Below, in pieces: positions 26,590-38,941 of a stretch of DNA of 64,000 nt. Under the pieces are notes generated by a model. The model saw only the letters and a list, made by a program, of their open reading frames with translations. It searched no databases and was not told where the DNA came from. Made by a program: the position numbers and the translations under genes. How positions within the stretch are numbered: the first letter of the stretch is position 1; each line of letters starts with the position of its first letter. The stretch is from assembly GCA_038087875.1 (NCBI GenBank), contig CM075984.1:11966001-12030000 (forward strand). Direction: 5' to 3'. The DNA comes from Malacoraja senta. Lineage: Eukaryota.

Positions 26590-26962
26590 CTTCACTGAAC
26601 AGTGTACACATTCATGAGAGGAATAGATCAGGTAGAAACACAGAATATCTTGCCCGGAGTAGGGGAAATCAAGAACCAGGGGCCTTAGGTTTAAGGTGAG
26701 GGGAGTAAAGATGTATTAGGAACCTGAGGGGTAACTTTTTCACACAGAGGCTGATGGGTGTATGAAAGGTGCTGCCAGAGGAGGTAGTTGATGCAGGTAC
26801 TATCACAATGTTTATGAAACATTTGGACAGGTACATAGATAAGACAGATTTAGGGGGGATATGGGCTAAACACAGGCAGGTGGGACTAGTGTAGATGGGG
26901 CATGTTGATTGGTGTGGGCAAGTTGGGCCAAAGGACCTGTTTCCACACTGTATGACTCTATG
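26590..26962 (+). mobile_element. CR1 3' fragment
   Basis: caagaaccagggg...tttaaggtgagggg...ctgccagaggaggtag and CR1 tail. Confidence 0.82.
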
Positions 26963-26984
26963 ATCTACATCTATGATTTACACA

Positions 26985-27155
26985 CTTGGGGCAAGCTACA
27001 GAGGACAATTAACCTACAAACCACTCATCTTTGGGATGTGGGAGAAAACTGGAGCATCCAGTGGAAACCCACGCTGTCCCAGGGAGACTGTGCAAACTCC
27101 ACACCGACAGCACCTGAGGTCAGGATTGAACTCGGATATCTGGTGCTGCGAGGCA
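26985..27155 (-). mobile_element. Partial V-SINE
   Basis: tgggagaaaactggagcatcc...gcaaactccacac...caggattgaactcgg. Confidence 0.7.
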
Positions 27156-27389
27156 GAATTTGTGTATATGGGCAAAAAGGTTAGTATGGAAGTGGTGGGC
27201 CGAAGGGACAATATTTGTGTCGTACAACTCCATGACTACTTGAATTTTAATTTCCCACCTGCCATGGTAGGATTTAAATTCTTAACTGGATTAGTGGTCC
27301 ATACATCGAAACCATAAAAAAAAAAATCTAGTACCTTTGAATGTGCCATTGGTCTTTAGTCCTAACCTGGTTCCAATCCCATTCGATTT

Positions 27390-27580
27390 CTCAGTGGGCC
27401 AGGCAGCACCTGAGGAGGCTATGGATAGGCAATGTTGCGGGTCAGGTCCCTTCTTCAGGGTGAACAGTCTGAAGAAGGCCCCCGAGCCAAAACATCGCCT
27501 ATCCATTCCTTCCCCTGATGCTGCCTGGCCCATTGAGTATTCCAGCACATTTGCTCACGATCCCAGCATCTGCAGATCCA
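27390..27580. mobile_element. Fold-back Penelope-derived element
   Basis: Opposed cttcttcag / ctgaagaag cores with inverted arms. Confidence 0.75.
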
Positions 27581-27664
27581 TGTGTTATGGTTTGATATCT
27601 ACTAATGTATTTTCTGAGTATCAATTATGACTCTTGACTTAAATTCATTGAAAGGCACATTAGT

Positions 27665-28124
27665 CATAGGACTTTCATATGAAGAAAGACTGGATAGACT
27701 CGGCTTGTACTCGCTAGAATTTAGAAGATTGAGGGGGGATCTTATAGAAACTTACAAAATTCTTAAGGGGTTGGACAGTCTAGATGCAGGAAGATTGTTC
27801 CCGATGTTGGGGAAGTCCAGAACGAGGGGTCACAGTTTAAGGATAAGGGTCTTTTAGGACCGAGATGAGAAAAACATTTTTCACACAGAGAATGGTGAAT
27901 CTGTGGAATTCTCTGCCACAAAAGGTAGTTGAGGCCAGTTCATTGGCTATTTTTAAGAGGGAGTTAGATGTGGCCCTTGTGGTTAAAGGGATCAGGGGGT
28001 ATGGAGAGAAGGCAGGTACAGGATACTGTGTTGGATGATCAGCCATGATCATATTGAATGGCGGTGCAGGCTCGAAGGGCCGAATGGCCCACTCCTGCAT
28101 CTATTTTCTATGTTTCTATGTTTC
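27665..28124 (+). mobile_element. Young CR1 3' fragment
   Basis: GLSYEERLDRLGLYSLEFRRLRGDLIETYKILKG; (tttctatg)n tail. Confidence 0.93.
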
Positions 28125-28267
28125 TATACAGCATAGGAAACAGGCCGATCGGCCCAATTTGCCCACGCCGACAAAAATGCCCCATCTATACTAGTCCCGC
28201 CTGCCTGCGTTTGGCTCATACCCTTCTAAACATTTCCTATCCATGTACCTGTTCAAATGTCGTTTAA
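28125..28267 (-). mobile_element. CR1 tail of another subfamily, abutting tail-to-tail
   Basis: tacagcataggaaacaggcc...ctagtccc...atccatgtacctgt resembles the start of 14720-14880. Confidence 0.75.
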
Positions 28268-28653
28268 ATGGTATCCATTGTTGCAATTTTGAAAACAACA
28301 CTGGCAATTTAATTATTTTCCTCGGGGAAGATTTTGCTTAGGACAACATAGGCAATTAGTATCATCCATAATCTTCAAAACCACAAAATTGTATTCACTT
28401 CTTCCCATCCAAAAGAAAATACGCCAAAGCTGACAATAAACTTTCTTCGCAATTTAAATGTATGCAATTCTGAAAAACAAATATTTCAATTCCAACAGGT
28501 GTAACACCCCACTCCAGGAGGCGAGCCGATTTTCGAGAAACGGCTGTGAGTTACCTGCCTTTGCTCACCCCACTAACTCCACCTGTTGCTCTCCCGGGCC
28601 CGTGGTAAGTACCAAGAGATATCTCGTGGCTACTGGCTGTCCGGAATCGAATC

Positions 28654-28804
28654 CATAGATACATAGAAAATAGGTGCAGGAGTAGGCCATTCGGCCCTTC
28701 GAGCCTGCACCGCCATTCAATATGATCATGGCTGATCATCCAACTCAGTATCCCGTACCTGCCTTCTCTCCATACCCCCTGATCCCTTTAGCCACAAGGG
28801 CGAC
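28654..28804 (-). mobile_element. Young, strongly 5'-truncated CR1
   Basis: Near-identical reverse complement of 27973-28118; aatcca at 28650-28655 and 28805-28810. Confidence 0.9.
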
Positions 28805-29160
28805 AATCCAATGAGTGACAGTAGAAAATAAATCTCCGTGTTCTCCCAAAAGTAATACTTCCCTTCCAGTAGCTAGTCGGTTAGAACCACACAAAATAGT
28901 GTCGACCAAATTCTGAAGAGGCAACGTGATTGTAAACGAAAACGGCAGTAAACGTGCGCTCACTTCATGACGCTATCCACAAAATACACATCCCGACCCC
29001 AACCATCACCGACCACCTATAGAAATAATGGGACTGTCACTGCGGCCATTTGCACCTCCCTAAAGACACAGAATTTGATCAGATTCCTCGCCACCTTTCA
29101 CTCACTTATTAAATAAGAAATAATTATGGAAATCACAATGACGCTGGGATGTGTGTAAAA

Positions 29161-29188
29161 TGTGTGTGTGTGTGTGTGTGTGTGTGTG
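29161..29188. repeat. (TG)14 microsatellite
   Basis: Direct reading. Confidence 0.95.
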
Positions 29189-32100
29189 CCGTCAAACACC
29201 TGCTAACTACATTCAAGTATGTTTCCCTAGAATTATAGCGTGTGCCTGGGCCCTTGTACTTGTATACCTCTATGTGCAGTGTGCCTGAGACCGTGTAGGT
29301 GATTGAGTTTGTGATTCTGCCTCTGTGCATAATGATTTAAATAGATACTAGATGTGATTTCGAAACTAGTGTATTAGGAATGCTAGTGTATTTAATTCTC
29401 ATCTGCAATTTGAATGGTTGGTCTCTTAATTTTAGCCACTTCATTTCGACTTTGATACGTGTGCGATTTGATTAAACTCGGATGAGTGGATCCAGCGACG
29501 CACACCAACATGACCTGGGTGTCCTGGTACTGATCTTGTCCACTCATCCCGACTTTCAGCGGGCGCGGTTCCCGTGTTAATTTTCACGCATCCTCAACGA
29601 GTGATTTGTGTAAGATGAATGGTTTCAGTTCAACCAGAAAGGGAACTAAAAGCTTCAGCCCCCCCCACCCCCCCCCCCCCCCTGCTTTCTCGCAAACTTT
29701 CCGCAGTTCGCCGCAAGAGGATATTTTTCATTCGCCGTGCAAAAGAGGTGATTTGTTAATAGGAGCCGGGGAAGGAAAGCAGCGACCTGCGGCTCATGCG
29801 GAAATGTTAACCAATCCACCTCCTAGCGCCAGTTGACAAGACCGCTCGCTTTCCTTACAAGCGGTGACTGGTGCTTTAGAAACGCTGCCATGAAAAGAAA
29901 ATCTTGAAATGATCAAAAACCAAAGTGTGAGGGTTTGACAGTGAGAATAGAGGAATTTAAGCGTCCGACCACTCTTTATTCAGACGACCACCTCCAGTCT
30001 AAAGTTATGCTATGACGGCACTGACGGATAATAGTCACGACATGCCATAAAGTCCGTCTCGAGGCAGATGAAAAACCTTGAGAGGTCAATATATTTGATA
30101 ATATTTACATAACGTGGATTTTTTTCTATTAATAAAACGAAAGTAAAACAAAAACATTTGCTTTAAGGCTAGAATAAGGTTAACATTTGATTCGTTTTCC
30201 TCTTTTAAAATGAAAATTTGAATAACAAATTATATTTGTTAATATATACATAGAGGTTTTGTGTGGCTGTGGACGCGAAGGAGTAAGTGTACGCGCAATT
30301 ATATGGGCCATGTGTGTAAAAGTTGAGGACTGTATTGTATAATTACCGTCTCTTTGCTCTAATTATTTACATGTGTACCGGCGTTTAATTAATGGAATAT
30401 TTTGGTGCAGCCATACAGCGGTGACTGGGAATCTGCTGTCTCAATTAAACATTTTGTTTTAAACACCACTCGTGATGAACGATGCAAACAGTGCCAGTGT
30501 TCCACAATTCATAATGTACTGCATAGAGAGTTACGTGTGTGTGTGTCCCCCCACACCCCCTCTCTATCTAGTTGATTCAATTTATCAAACACTGGGTCTG
30601 GACTCCAAACCCGGCGCTCCGGTCAAGAGGAAGCGATTCCCATTCGTAAGGGCTGCTGGAGGGAGTTCCAAGCCGCAGGATCTACGTTTAATTGCTCGCA
30701 TGTTACATGGTGAATAACGCGCAGATACTTTGGGAGCCCTGAGTATAAAACAACAATGAATCTCAATATGTGCATTCCCGTTGGCAACCAGGACGACATT
30801 TTAATTTTTTTTTTAATTCACAGACATCGCTAACTAAATTGTAACGTTAAAAATAATGTCCACAAAGATAAACAACATTGGCCAGGTTAACTGTCTCCAT
30901 CTCTCTGAAAATTCTCTCACTTCCCCGAACGGTTTATTAATAGGACTAGATACGAAAGTGGATGAAAATGGGGGAAATAGTTAACAAGAATAAGACTTTA
31001 TTTTATCATTTTCGTTCCAAACGTTTCAACTTATGACTGTTTATAGTAAAACAGATTAAATAAAATATATTTGGGGTATAAAGCAGAAAGCGCAATTTGG
31101 CTGGGACCCCGTGTTTACAGTCTCTCAATACTGTTCCCCCAGTTACTCTGACGGTATCTCCCGAGTCTGCTTGTTTTCGCGATTCTTTCCCCCCCCCCCA
31201 AATATTTTGTTGGCTTCGCTTGTTGTGACGGCGTGATTTTGATTGCTATTAATCATTCTCACAATTACCAGAGCTCTCCACGACTATACTTCATCAACTT
31301 TCTCCGTTCGCTTCATTAAAACGACACCTTCGCTGATTAAACGCGACACGCTACGCGCAGGAACTGGGACCGATCGCTGTGTTCAATGGGAAACCAAATC
31401 GGAAATCAGAGCAAGTCTTTTTTTTTATTAATCCGGGATCTTTATTCACGTTTTAGACTCCTTATTACTTGAATTCGAAGGTTTTTTTCTCCGAGGTTTC
31501 TCTCATTCTTTGCCCTCCACTAATCCCTGCCGTGATTTTGGTTTCATCCCCCCCCCCCCCCCCCGATCAGTGTCAGAACGCACAGAAGGACAAGTTTCGC
31601 TAATCGCTTGTTCTAACTTCAAAGAGGGAACGGAGACAGAGAGAGCAGTCGGGAGGTGGGTGTCGGTAATCTGTTTATTCCTCCACGTGGGAGATGCTTT
31701 TTTAAAGACGTATTTCTAATCTTCCTCAAACACTCGTAGCGGTTCCCAGTTCTCCATTCAGTATTTTTTTTACCTGCTCCCACGTTCAGCCCGGTCGGAA
31801 TCCTCAAGTTCGGGATTGATGTCCGGGAACTTTTCAGTCGGGGCTTTTGGATTGGACGAAAGACTGACTTCGACATATCCAACGTCCCAACGTGCACTTA
31901 GAGACGGGGGAGGTTATGTCAGTTTAAAACGCTGAGATATTAGATATTTATTAGTAATGAAAATGCCAGACACGGGATCACTTCACTGGTTTATCCCTTA
32001 GCTGAAACATTTTAATTATAACTTATAAGAGAAATGCCAACTTTTAACCAAATCGCAGTTCAATGCCTAGAAAGATTCAAAAACAATAACGTTTAGCCGT

Positions 32101-32517
32101 GCCGGAATGCGAACTCAAGGAGAGAGAAATACAGACCTTAAATATAAATTGCCAATATAGCATGTGTGGCATCATCTTTACACACTAGTTGGCTGCATTG
32201 GTGACCCTATACCAACTACACACAATCAACATCAAACCGCGCCCGCCAAAGGCAAACTGGGCCACATTTTTGAGTTTACGACCTTACTTTGTCACTGATG
32301 TTTCTAGAAACTGTTAGGGAGGAGACAATCCTGAAGCACATTTTCTTTTAATGGTTATTCAAATAACGATTGTTGGGCGATGACCCGTATTGTTTTAGAA
32401 AGCTGATCAAAAGGCAGATAGAGGGTCGGGTGGAAATCTAGGCTCATACAGTCTAATTAGTACACAATATGTAAATATGACAATAAAACATATGACAATA
32501 AAACACTCTTGACTCTT

Positions 32518-32892
32518 GTCAAGAGTGTTTTATTGTCATATGTCCCAAATGGAACAATGAAATTCTTACTTGCTGCAGCACAACAGAATATGTAAACATA
32601 GTACACTGTAAACAATATGATAAACGAGAGAGAAAAAAAAAAGTTCAGTGGGTGTATATATACACATACTCACAAGTACACACACACATATAATATATAT
32701 ATATATATACACACACAAAACAAACAATAGTAGTGCAATAACAATAATAATAATAATAAGTCTATTGTAGTTTAGAGCTTATTTGAGGTTGTAGTGTTTA
32801 ATAGCCTGATGGCTGAAGGGAAGAAGCTGTTCCTGAACCTGGACGTTACAGGTTTCAGGCTCCTGTACCTTCTTCCCTATGGCAGGGGTGAA
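32518..32892 (-). mobile_element. Rex-Babar 3' fragment
   Basis: Minus strand reads ggaagaaggtacaggagcctga...ggttcaggaacagcttcttccc (GRRYRSL..RFRNSFFP) and ends gacaataaaacactcttgac. Confidence 0.85.
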
Positions 32893-35800
32893 AATGCAGA
32901 TGAGATTTAATGTTGCAAATTATTTTGTTAGGTATCCGTCCTAATTGTGCATTAGATCAACAGTTTCCTCAAACACCCTGGGTGGATCGCAGATCTCTTC
33001 TGCCTGCCTGGGATTAACAACAATCTTAATCCAGGTGTTGTCTCACATCCCTTCAGACAAATGGAAAATACGTACTGCACACAATGACAATTACAAATAC
33101 AGGGTCAATACTATTTACGAAACGTGCTTGGAAACCTATACAGGTATCAATTTAGCTGTAATATTTTGGTTATATAGACAAGAAAGCCAGGGCTTGCACA
33201 TTTTCACTACAGATCATATTAATCCTTCGGCAATGCATTCTGTCTCTTGAAACCAAACGGCCAACTCTTGATCACACGATGAAATATATATTTGAAAGTT
33301 AAATTACAGCAATTCGAACTCAAATGTTGAACTGGTGTCAATTTATTATATTAGTGATAGAATATTTTTTTAACTGCGACAGTTCATTAGCTCTACTCTA
33401 TTTACAGCCAAGGTGTCCCAGTCCTTGGTTCTACCTCTCTTGTGTCTCAATGTTTCGGATGCATATCTCGCTTTAAACGCTTGACACCTCTTTCTTTCCA
33501 GAAGCCGTTCACATCAACAACTCTCAAAATGCAGCCATAACTACCGAACCAGTATACGTATATCCTCTGCTTTCCCACCCACCGACTTGCTTTGCGGCGA
33601 ATAGATGAATTTTAAAGATGATTGCCATTCGCCAACGGGATAACATTAAGCTTGGACGACACACTGTAACATTCGCACAGATCAGTGTAAGAATTCACTG
33701 CAACAGTGAAACCGCATTTGTGTTCAACATTACACATCATGAAATTTCATATAAGCAATCGGCAGTTCGGAATTGAATGATTGGGACCAATTTACAAAGC
33801 CCCAGCCTGTTAACACCTGCAAAACACTAGATGTGGTATTTACACTTCGCATATGAATCGAACGAGTTAAGTTATTTTCCTTAACAAATAAAAAAGCTTG
33901 CAGCCCGTTCAGAAGTAAAACAGTAGCCGGGTTTAACTATTGTTTGAAAGGACACTACTTATCTAATGTTGAAATAGAAACATTTCAGGACTTTTGACAG
34001 ATTTTGTGGGTTAAGTATGATCTCTATTCATCTGAAGAGTGCACGGTTTATCTAGACACAATTTCTTAAACAGAATTTTGGATGGGCATCATTCCTACCG
34101 TTTCACCGGAAGGCTTTTAAGGTAGAGGATGATTTCTCGTTCAACTTGTAACTTCAGTTGCAGTTACAAAAATCAAGATCCCACTTCCTTCCATACCCTT
34201 TTACCCACCAACACAGTTGTGCACTGTGCTTCCCCCCCAAAAAAAACACACACACACACACACACCACCTCACCTCCACCCCCCAAAATAAAGTGGTCAA
34301 TCAAAGACTCGTAACTTTACACGGAATGATTCTACTGGTAATGAAAGCTAGATGTGATGTGAAAGCTGACAGGCTGACTGACTGCACTGGACAAGGCAGA
34401 GCATAGATCATCAGCATGTTTGCGCCCCTTTACAACTATCCATCCAAGAAAGCAGAGTTCATGGCAATTTTATACAAAACGTCCGCGGTGTTTCCACAGC
34501 ATTTTTGTATTCACCTCGTAACTTTTTTTGATTGTAGCAAATTGAAAGATGTGTTTATCTTTGAAAAAAAGAGTCAATCTTTTACTCTGAGTATTAAGGA
34601 GTTGGTATTACGCTCAGACAGATACTCCCTGAAGGATGTAAATGGATACCTCTTTTTTAAGGGTTACTTTCACAGACCAACCAAGGGTCTAGTGGTGGTC
34701 AGAACCCTTTCACATGTGCTGTGCTAATGGCTTCCCCGTGTCCAGGGTGCATTCCAACACATCATTAGGAACTTTCGTTTTATTTTCGTATATATATTAT
34801 CAGTCGAGATTCAGCGCCCTATATATTCTGTAGTCATCCGGGGGTTCCCTTGGAAGGGGCGACTGACTGAACGTGTTGAACGGGCAGTTGCTCTTTCATC
34901 TAATAAAAGCAGACATTTGACTCGTAGGAAGAACATCATTTCACTTGGCCTATCCGGCCTGATTTGTCTGATTCAGTTAATCCGCAAAGGTTGAAATGTG
35001 CTTTGCAAATTTATCAGCTTGTTTGTGTGTGTGTGTGAGAGAAAGAGAAAATAATGGAGAAATATTTTATGTAGGAGTCTCGAATCTCTGATCTACAGCT
35101 AGTTGTCGTCGAAGGCTGATTACTACATTTAGCAGAATCAATTAAAAAAAACGTTATCTAGTAATCAGAAACATTTTCAAAATCCGTTCCTCCTTATTTA
35201 AATTACATTTTTTTAAACTAATGTCTACATGAGGTGTCACAAAAGCCAATAAAATAACCCCAGGATCGGAGTGAGAAGAGACAAACTCCCGCTGCACAGC
35301 GGTGCCAACTTGAAACGAATTAATAGTCTTCAAGATGCTTAGCGGATAATTTAAACGAATTATATTGGAAACGACCACTGAATAATATTGATAATTACGA
35401 CCGTGATGTTGCAGGAAAGACTATTTTACGTGCAAGTGTTTAGAAGGTGTCCAACATATAGCGAAAAAAGATAACACATGTGTCAGGCCACTTTAGGGTA
35501 ATGAAGGGCGAGGTATCCATATTGCTTTTTAATATTTCCTTTATCGAAGTAGTCCATTCATTGATTTTTCCACCCTGAAATGATGTTACTGCTTGCCGGG
35601 TAGGATTATATAGAACGACTTTCAGCTCTTTCGTAGATTGAGGCACAGAGCCGAGAGACTGTTACATTCCGCCACAGTAAAACAGTTTTCTTGAAAAAGA
35701 CAGAAGCCTTGCCGCTATGCCCTGCACTTCATAAATCACATCTTTATATGGACAAGGTCAGGGCACCTAACAGCTCAGACATAGGTCTTTGCAGAGTTTC

Positions 35801-37695
35801 TGCACACTAAGGCATGTTTATTCTCCAGCACAGATCTCTGAGGAGCAGTCCAGCACGCCTCTAATTACTTTTGATTATTTTCATTTGTTGGGGGTCAGCC
35901 CTGCTTGCCAGGGTTGCTGCGGGCTGATTTACTACAAATTCCATGCCTTTGAGGGACCGAATGGTGTGTTTTTTAGAATTAGCACCGATTATTCTGCCTC
36001 CTTCTTGCGGTGTACTGTAAACAGGAAACCAAGACGGGAGACTGTCCTTTAGGCAGACGCATAGCAGTTCCTCTCTTCGCCTTTAATGAAGCAGAAAGCT
36101 TGATTATTTCACACCGGAGACGCACTAATAGAATATTGTGTTGTGCAGAAAGCGAGCTCGTTTCCAAACTACCGAGAACAACCCCTCCACTGTCAGTATA
36201 CCAGAGCCTGACAGATTTTTAATGTCATTAGCAACGGTTAGATTGTCAGGTCATCTTATTTATATTTGATGTGGTTTTGGCACATTAACTTCCTATTCCC
36301 CTCCCCGTTTCGTTGGCCGATGAATATTTTACATCTATCATTTCTGTTATTCAATACAAGGGTTTGAGCCGGGGAGGGGGCAATTGGGAGGGGAGTTGGT
36401 TGTTAAGTGAACACACAAATCACAGCGTATTTTACTTTCTCCATTTAAAGCTGGGTGATTGAACGAGGATTCGCACTGTCTCAATTCCCGAAAACAGTGC
36501 TTCAAGTAAACCGATCACTTAGAAACACCATTATTCTCCGCCGAGGGCTGGACTCACGTTGATACACTCTTGTTTCTCTTGTTCCTCGAATGTAATTCTA
36601 TGAAAGTCCCACTTTTTAAAACAAACAACAACAAAAAAGCCTTTTGAGACCCTGCGTCGCTGAGCATTGTTGTCGAGCTATTACTCGCGAATACCACAAT
36701 CAGGAGAGCGTTCGCTCCTTCACGGCCCCGCGGGTGGTACTTTCATACTCCCTGTTATTTGGTTCACAATTGGAAAGGCACCACGAGGTTAGAACAGGGC
36801 CATTTGGGTTCAAACCCAGTCCATACTGGGAGAAAGTGACCTCCCCGCTCGGACACTTGACAGGTTGTTGGGTTTGTCGCATCAATTCCCAACTCAAGCC
36901 CCATGACTGAAACTCAAAAGGTATCCAGGCCCTTCTGAGCGCTGAACACAATCGCAGCGGTTTACAGCACAACGAAGGCCATTCGCGCCGTTGTATCCTG
37001 CTAACTTGAGGAGAGGGTGGGAGTGGGGAGCTGTCCGACTTTATCCCACCTCGGTTCTTCATCCCAATCATTATGAGTTGCCATGAAGCCCATAACGTGG
37101 GCTACCTCCAGCCCACCTTTTACGTGGGGGACATCGGGTTTCCTTCTATCACCTCCTTGGCCGTCGAGTTCTCGATCCCCGCAGGGCTCGATGCTTATGT
37201 GGGATCCCTCCCCCCAGCCACGTACTCCATGAGACCACCACCGCAACCACCACCCCCACCCCAAGCCCACCGACTGTGAGAAAGAAGGAGACTTCAATGG
37301 TTCCGAGCAAATTGGTATGTAACTCGTTCAATGCGACTTCTAACCGTGGCAATGTAGCTCAAAAAGCCAGCCCAGGGTCACACTTGATACATTTTCCCTG
37401 TGTCTGTGAGCCTGGGCATAGTAACAGAGGAATCTCACTGGGGCTTTATACAGTCCATGTGATGTTGCCACTTCTTGCTCTGTTCACCATTCCTTGGGTT
37501 GTTTAATAAGCCAGCCACCAGGATATAACAATGAAGGGCCCTGATTGTTCTTTTCATTGCAAATCTTGTTAATGAAACATCTGCTAAATCAATCTTGATT
37601 TGCACCAGCAATTCTTACTATATCAAGTGAATGAACACCATTTGTCATCCTTTGCAAAGACCATTTTAGCTCAAGAGAACCCGATGAACTGGGAT

Positions 37696-37872
37696 CATAG
37701 TCATACAGTACAGAAACAGACCCTTCGACCCATCTAAGCTTGTCCCATTTGCCCACATTTGGCCCATATCTCACTAAATCATTCTAATGCATGTATCTGT
37801 CCAGGTGTCCTTCAAATGTTGTTTATGGTACGTGCACAAACTATCTCCTCTGGCAGCTCATTTCACATATCC
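37696..37872 (-). mobile_element. CR1 tail remnant
   Basis: catagtcatacagtacagaaacagacccttcg...ctcctctggcagctc. Confidence 0.7.
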
Positions 37873-37934
37873 TGTGTGGTCCTTGCAATACTCATTTATA
37901 TGAGTGAAAAATATGCAAGGAAAGTGAGTGTTGG

Positions 37935-38941
37935 AACCAGGATAGAGTTCTCCTGGTCCTCACCTTTCACCCCACCAGCCTCCACATCTGATACATCATC
38001 TCCTGACATTTCCATCACTTCCACCATGATCCCACCACCAGTCAAATCTTCCCAACTTCACTCCTTTCCACCTTTTTTAAGAGACCCCTCCCTCTGGGAC
38101 TACTTGGTTCACTCATCCCTTCCCACCAAAACCACCCCCTCCCCAAGTACTTAGCCCTGCAAGCAGAAGAGATGTAACACCTGTACCTACACTTCCTCCC
38201 CCACATCCATCCAGGGAGACCAGCAGTCCCTCTAGGTAAGGCAGGGGGGTCACGTGCACCTCTTCTAACCTCATCCACTGCATCCAGTGATCCAGATGTA
38301 GACACCTGTACATCAACGAGACTAAACGTAGACTCGGTGACCATTTTGCTGAACACCTATTCTAGGTCTGCCAAAGTCTGTTGATTCTCCTTGTTGCTAA
38401 CCATCTTCCCGTTTCCATACTGACCTTCTGTCCTCGGCCTCCTCCATTGCCAGATTGAGGCCACACGCAATCTGGAGGAATAGCACTTCATATTCCACAT
38501 GGGTAGTTTAAAATCCAACAGTATGAACATTATTGATTGTAGGTAACTACAAATCTACCTCCTTCTTTCCCCCCGCCTTTTCCCCACATCTCTCCCCTGT
38601 GTCCCACCTGGACTTGCATTTAATTCATTTCCCCCTTCCCTTCCATCTACATTCCTTGCTCGAGCTTCACAATCTACAACTTGTCAATCCATTTTCTCAC
38701 ACCTTCTGTCTTTCCATCTCTGACCCTTGTCCAATCATCTGCCTGTCAAACCACCCCCCACCCCCTCCACCGGTATCCACCTATTACCTGCTATGCTTTG
38801 TCCTGTCCCATCCTTCTTCCAGCTTTCTCCCCTTCCACTTTACATTCAGTCAAAAGCTGGGTCCCGACCCGAAACGTCGCCTATCCATGTTCTCTGGAGA
38901 TGCTGCCTGATCCACTGAGTTACTCTTGCACTTTGTGTCTG
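37935..38941 (+). mobile_element. Penelope-like element 3' part: degenerate GIY-YIG endonuclease plus tail
   Basis: TCTSSNLIHCI..C.HLYINETKRRLGDHFAEHL motif at about 38250-38360, pyrimidine-rich UTR and gacccgaaacgtcgcc tail. Confidence 0.85.

Larger units (their letters stand above)
28480..37300. promoter_or_regulatory. Second CpG-retaining, TE-poor domain (probable enhancer/regulatory region)
   Basis: Frequent CpGs in unique sequence, with only two short recognisable TE fragments in about 9 kb, unlike the flanks. Confidence 0.4.

Noticed and set aside
36700-37297. 123-aa and overlapping ORFs as a gene
   Set aside because: No recognisable domain or splice context; expected in moderately GC-rich DNA.
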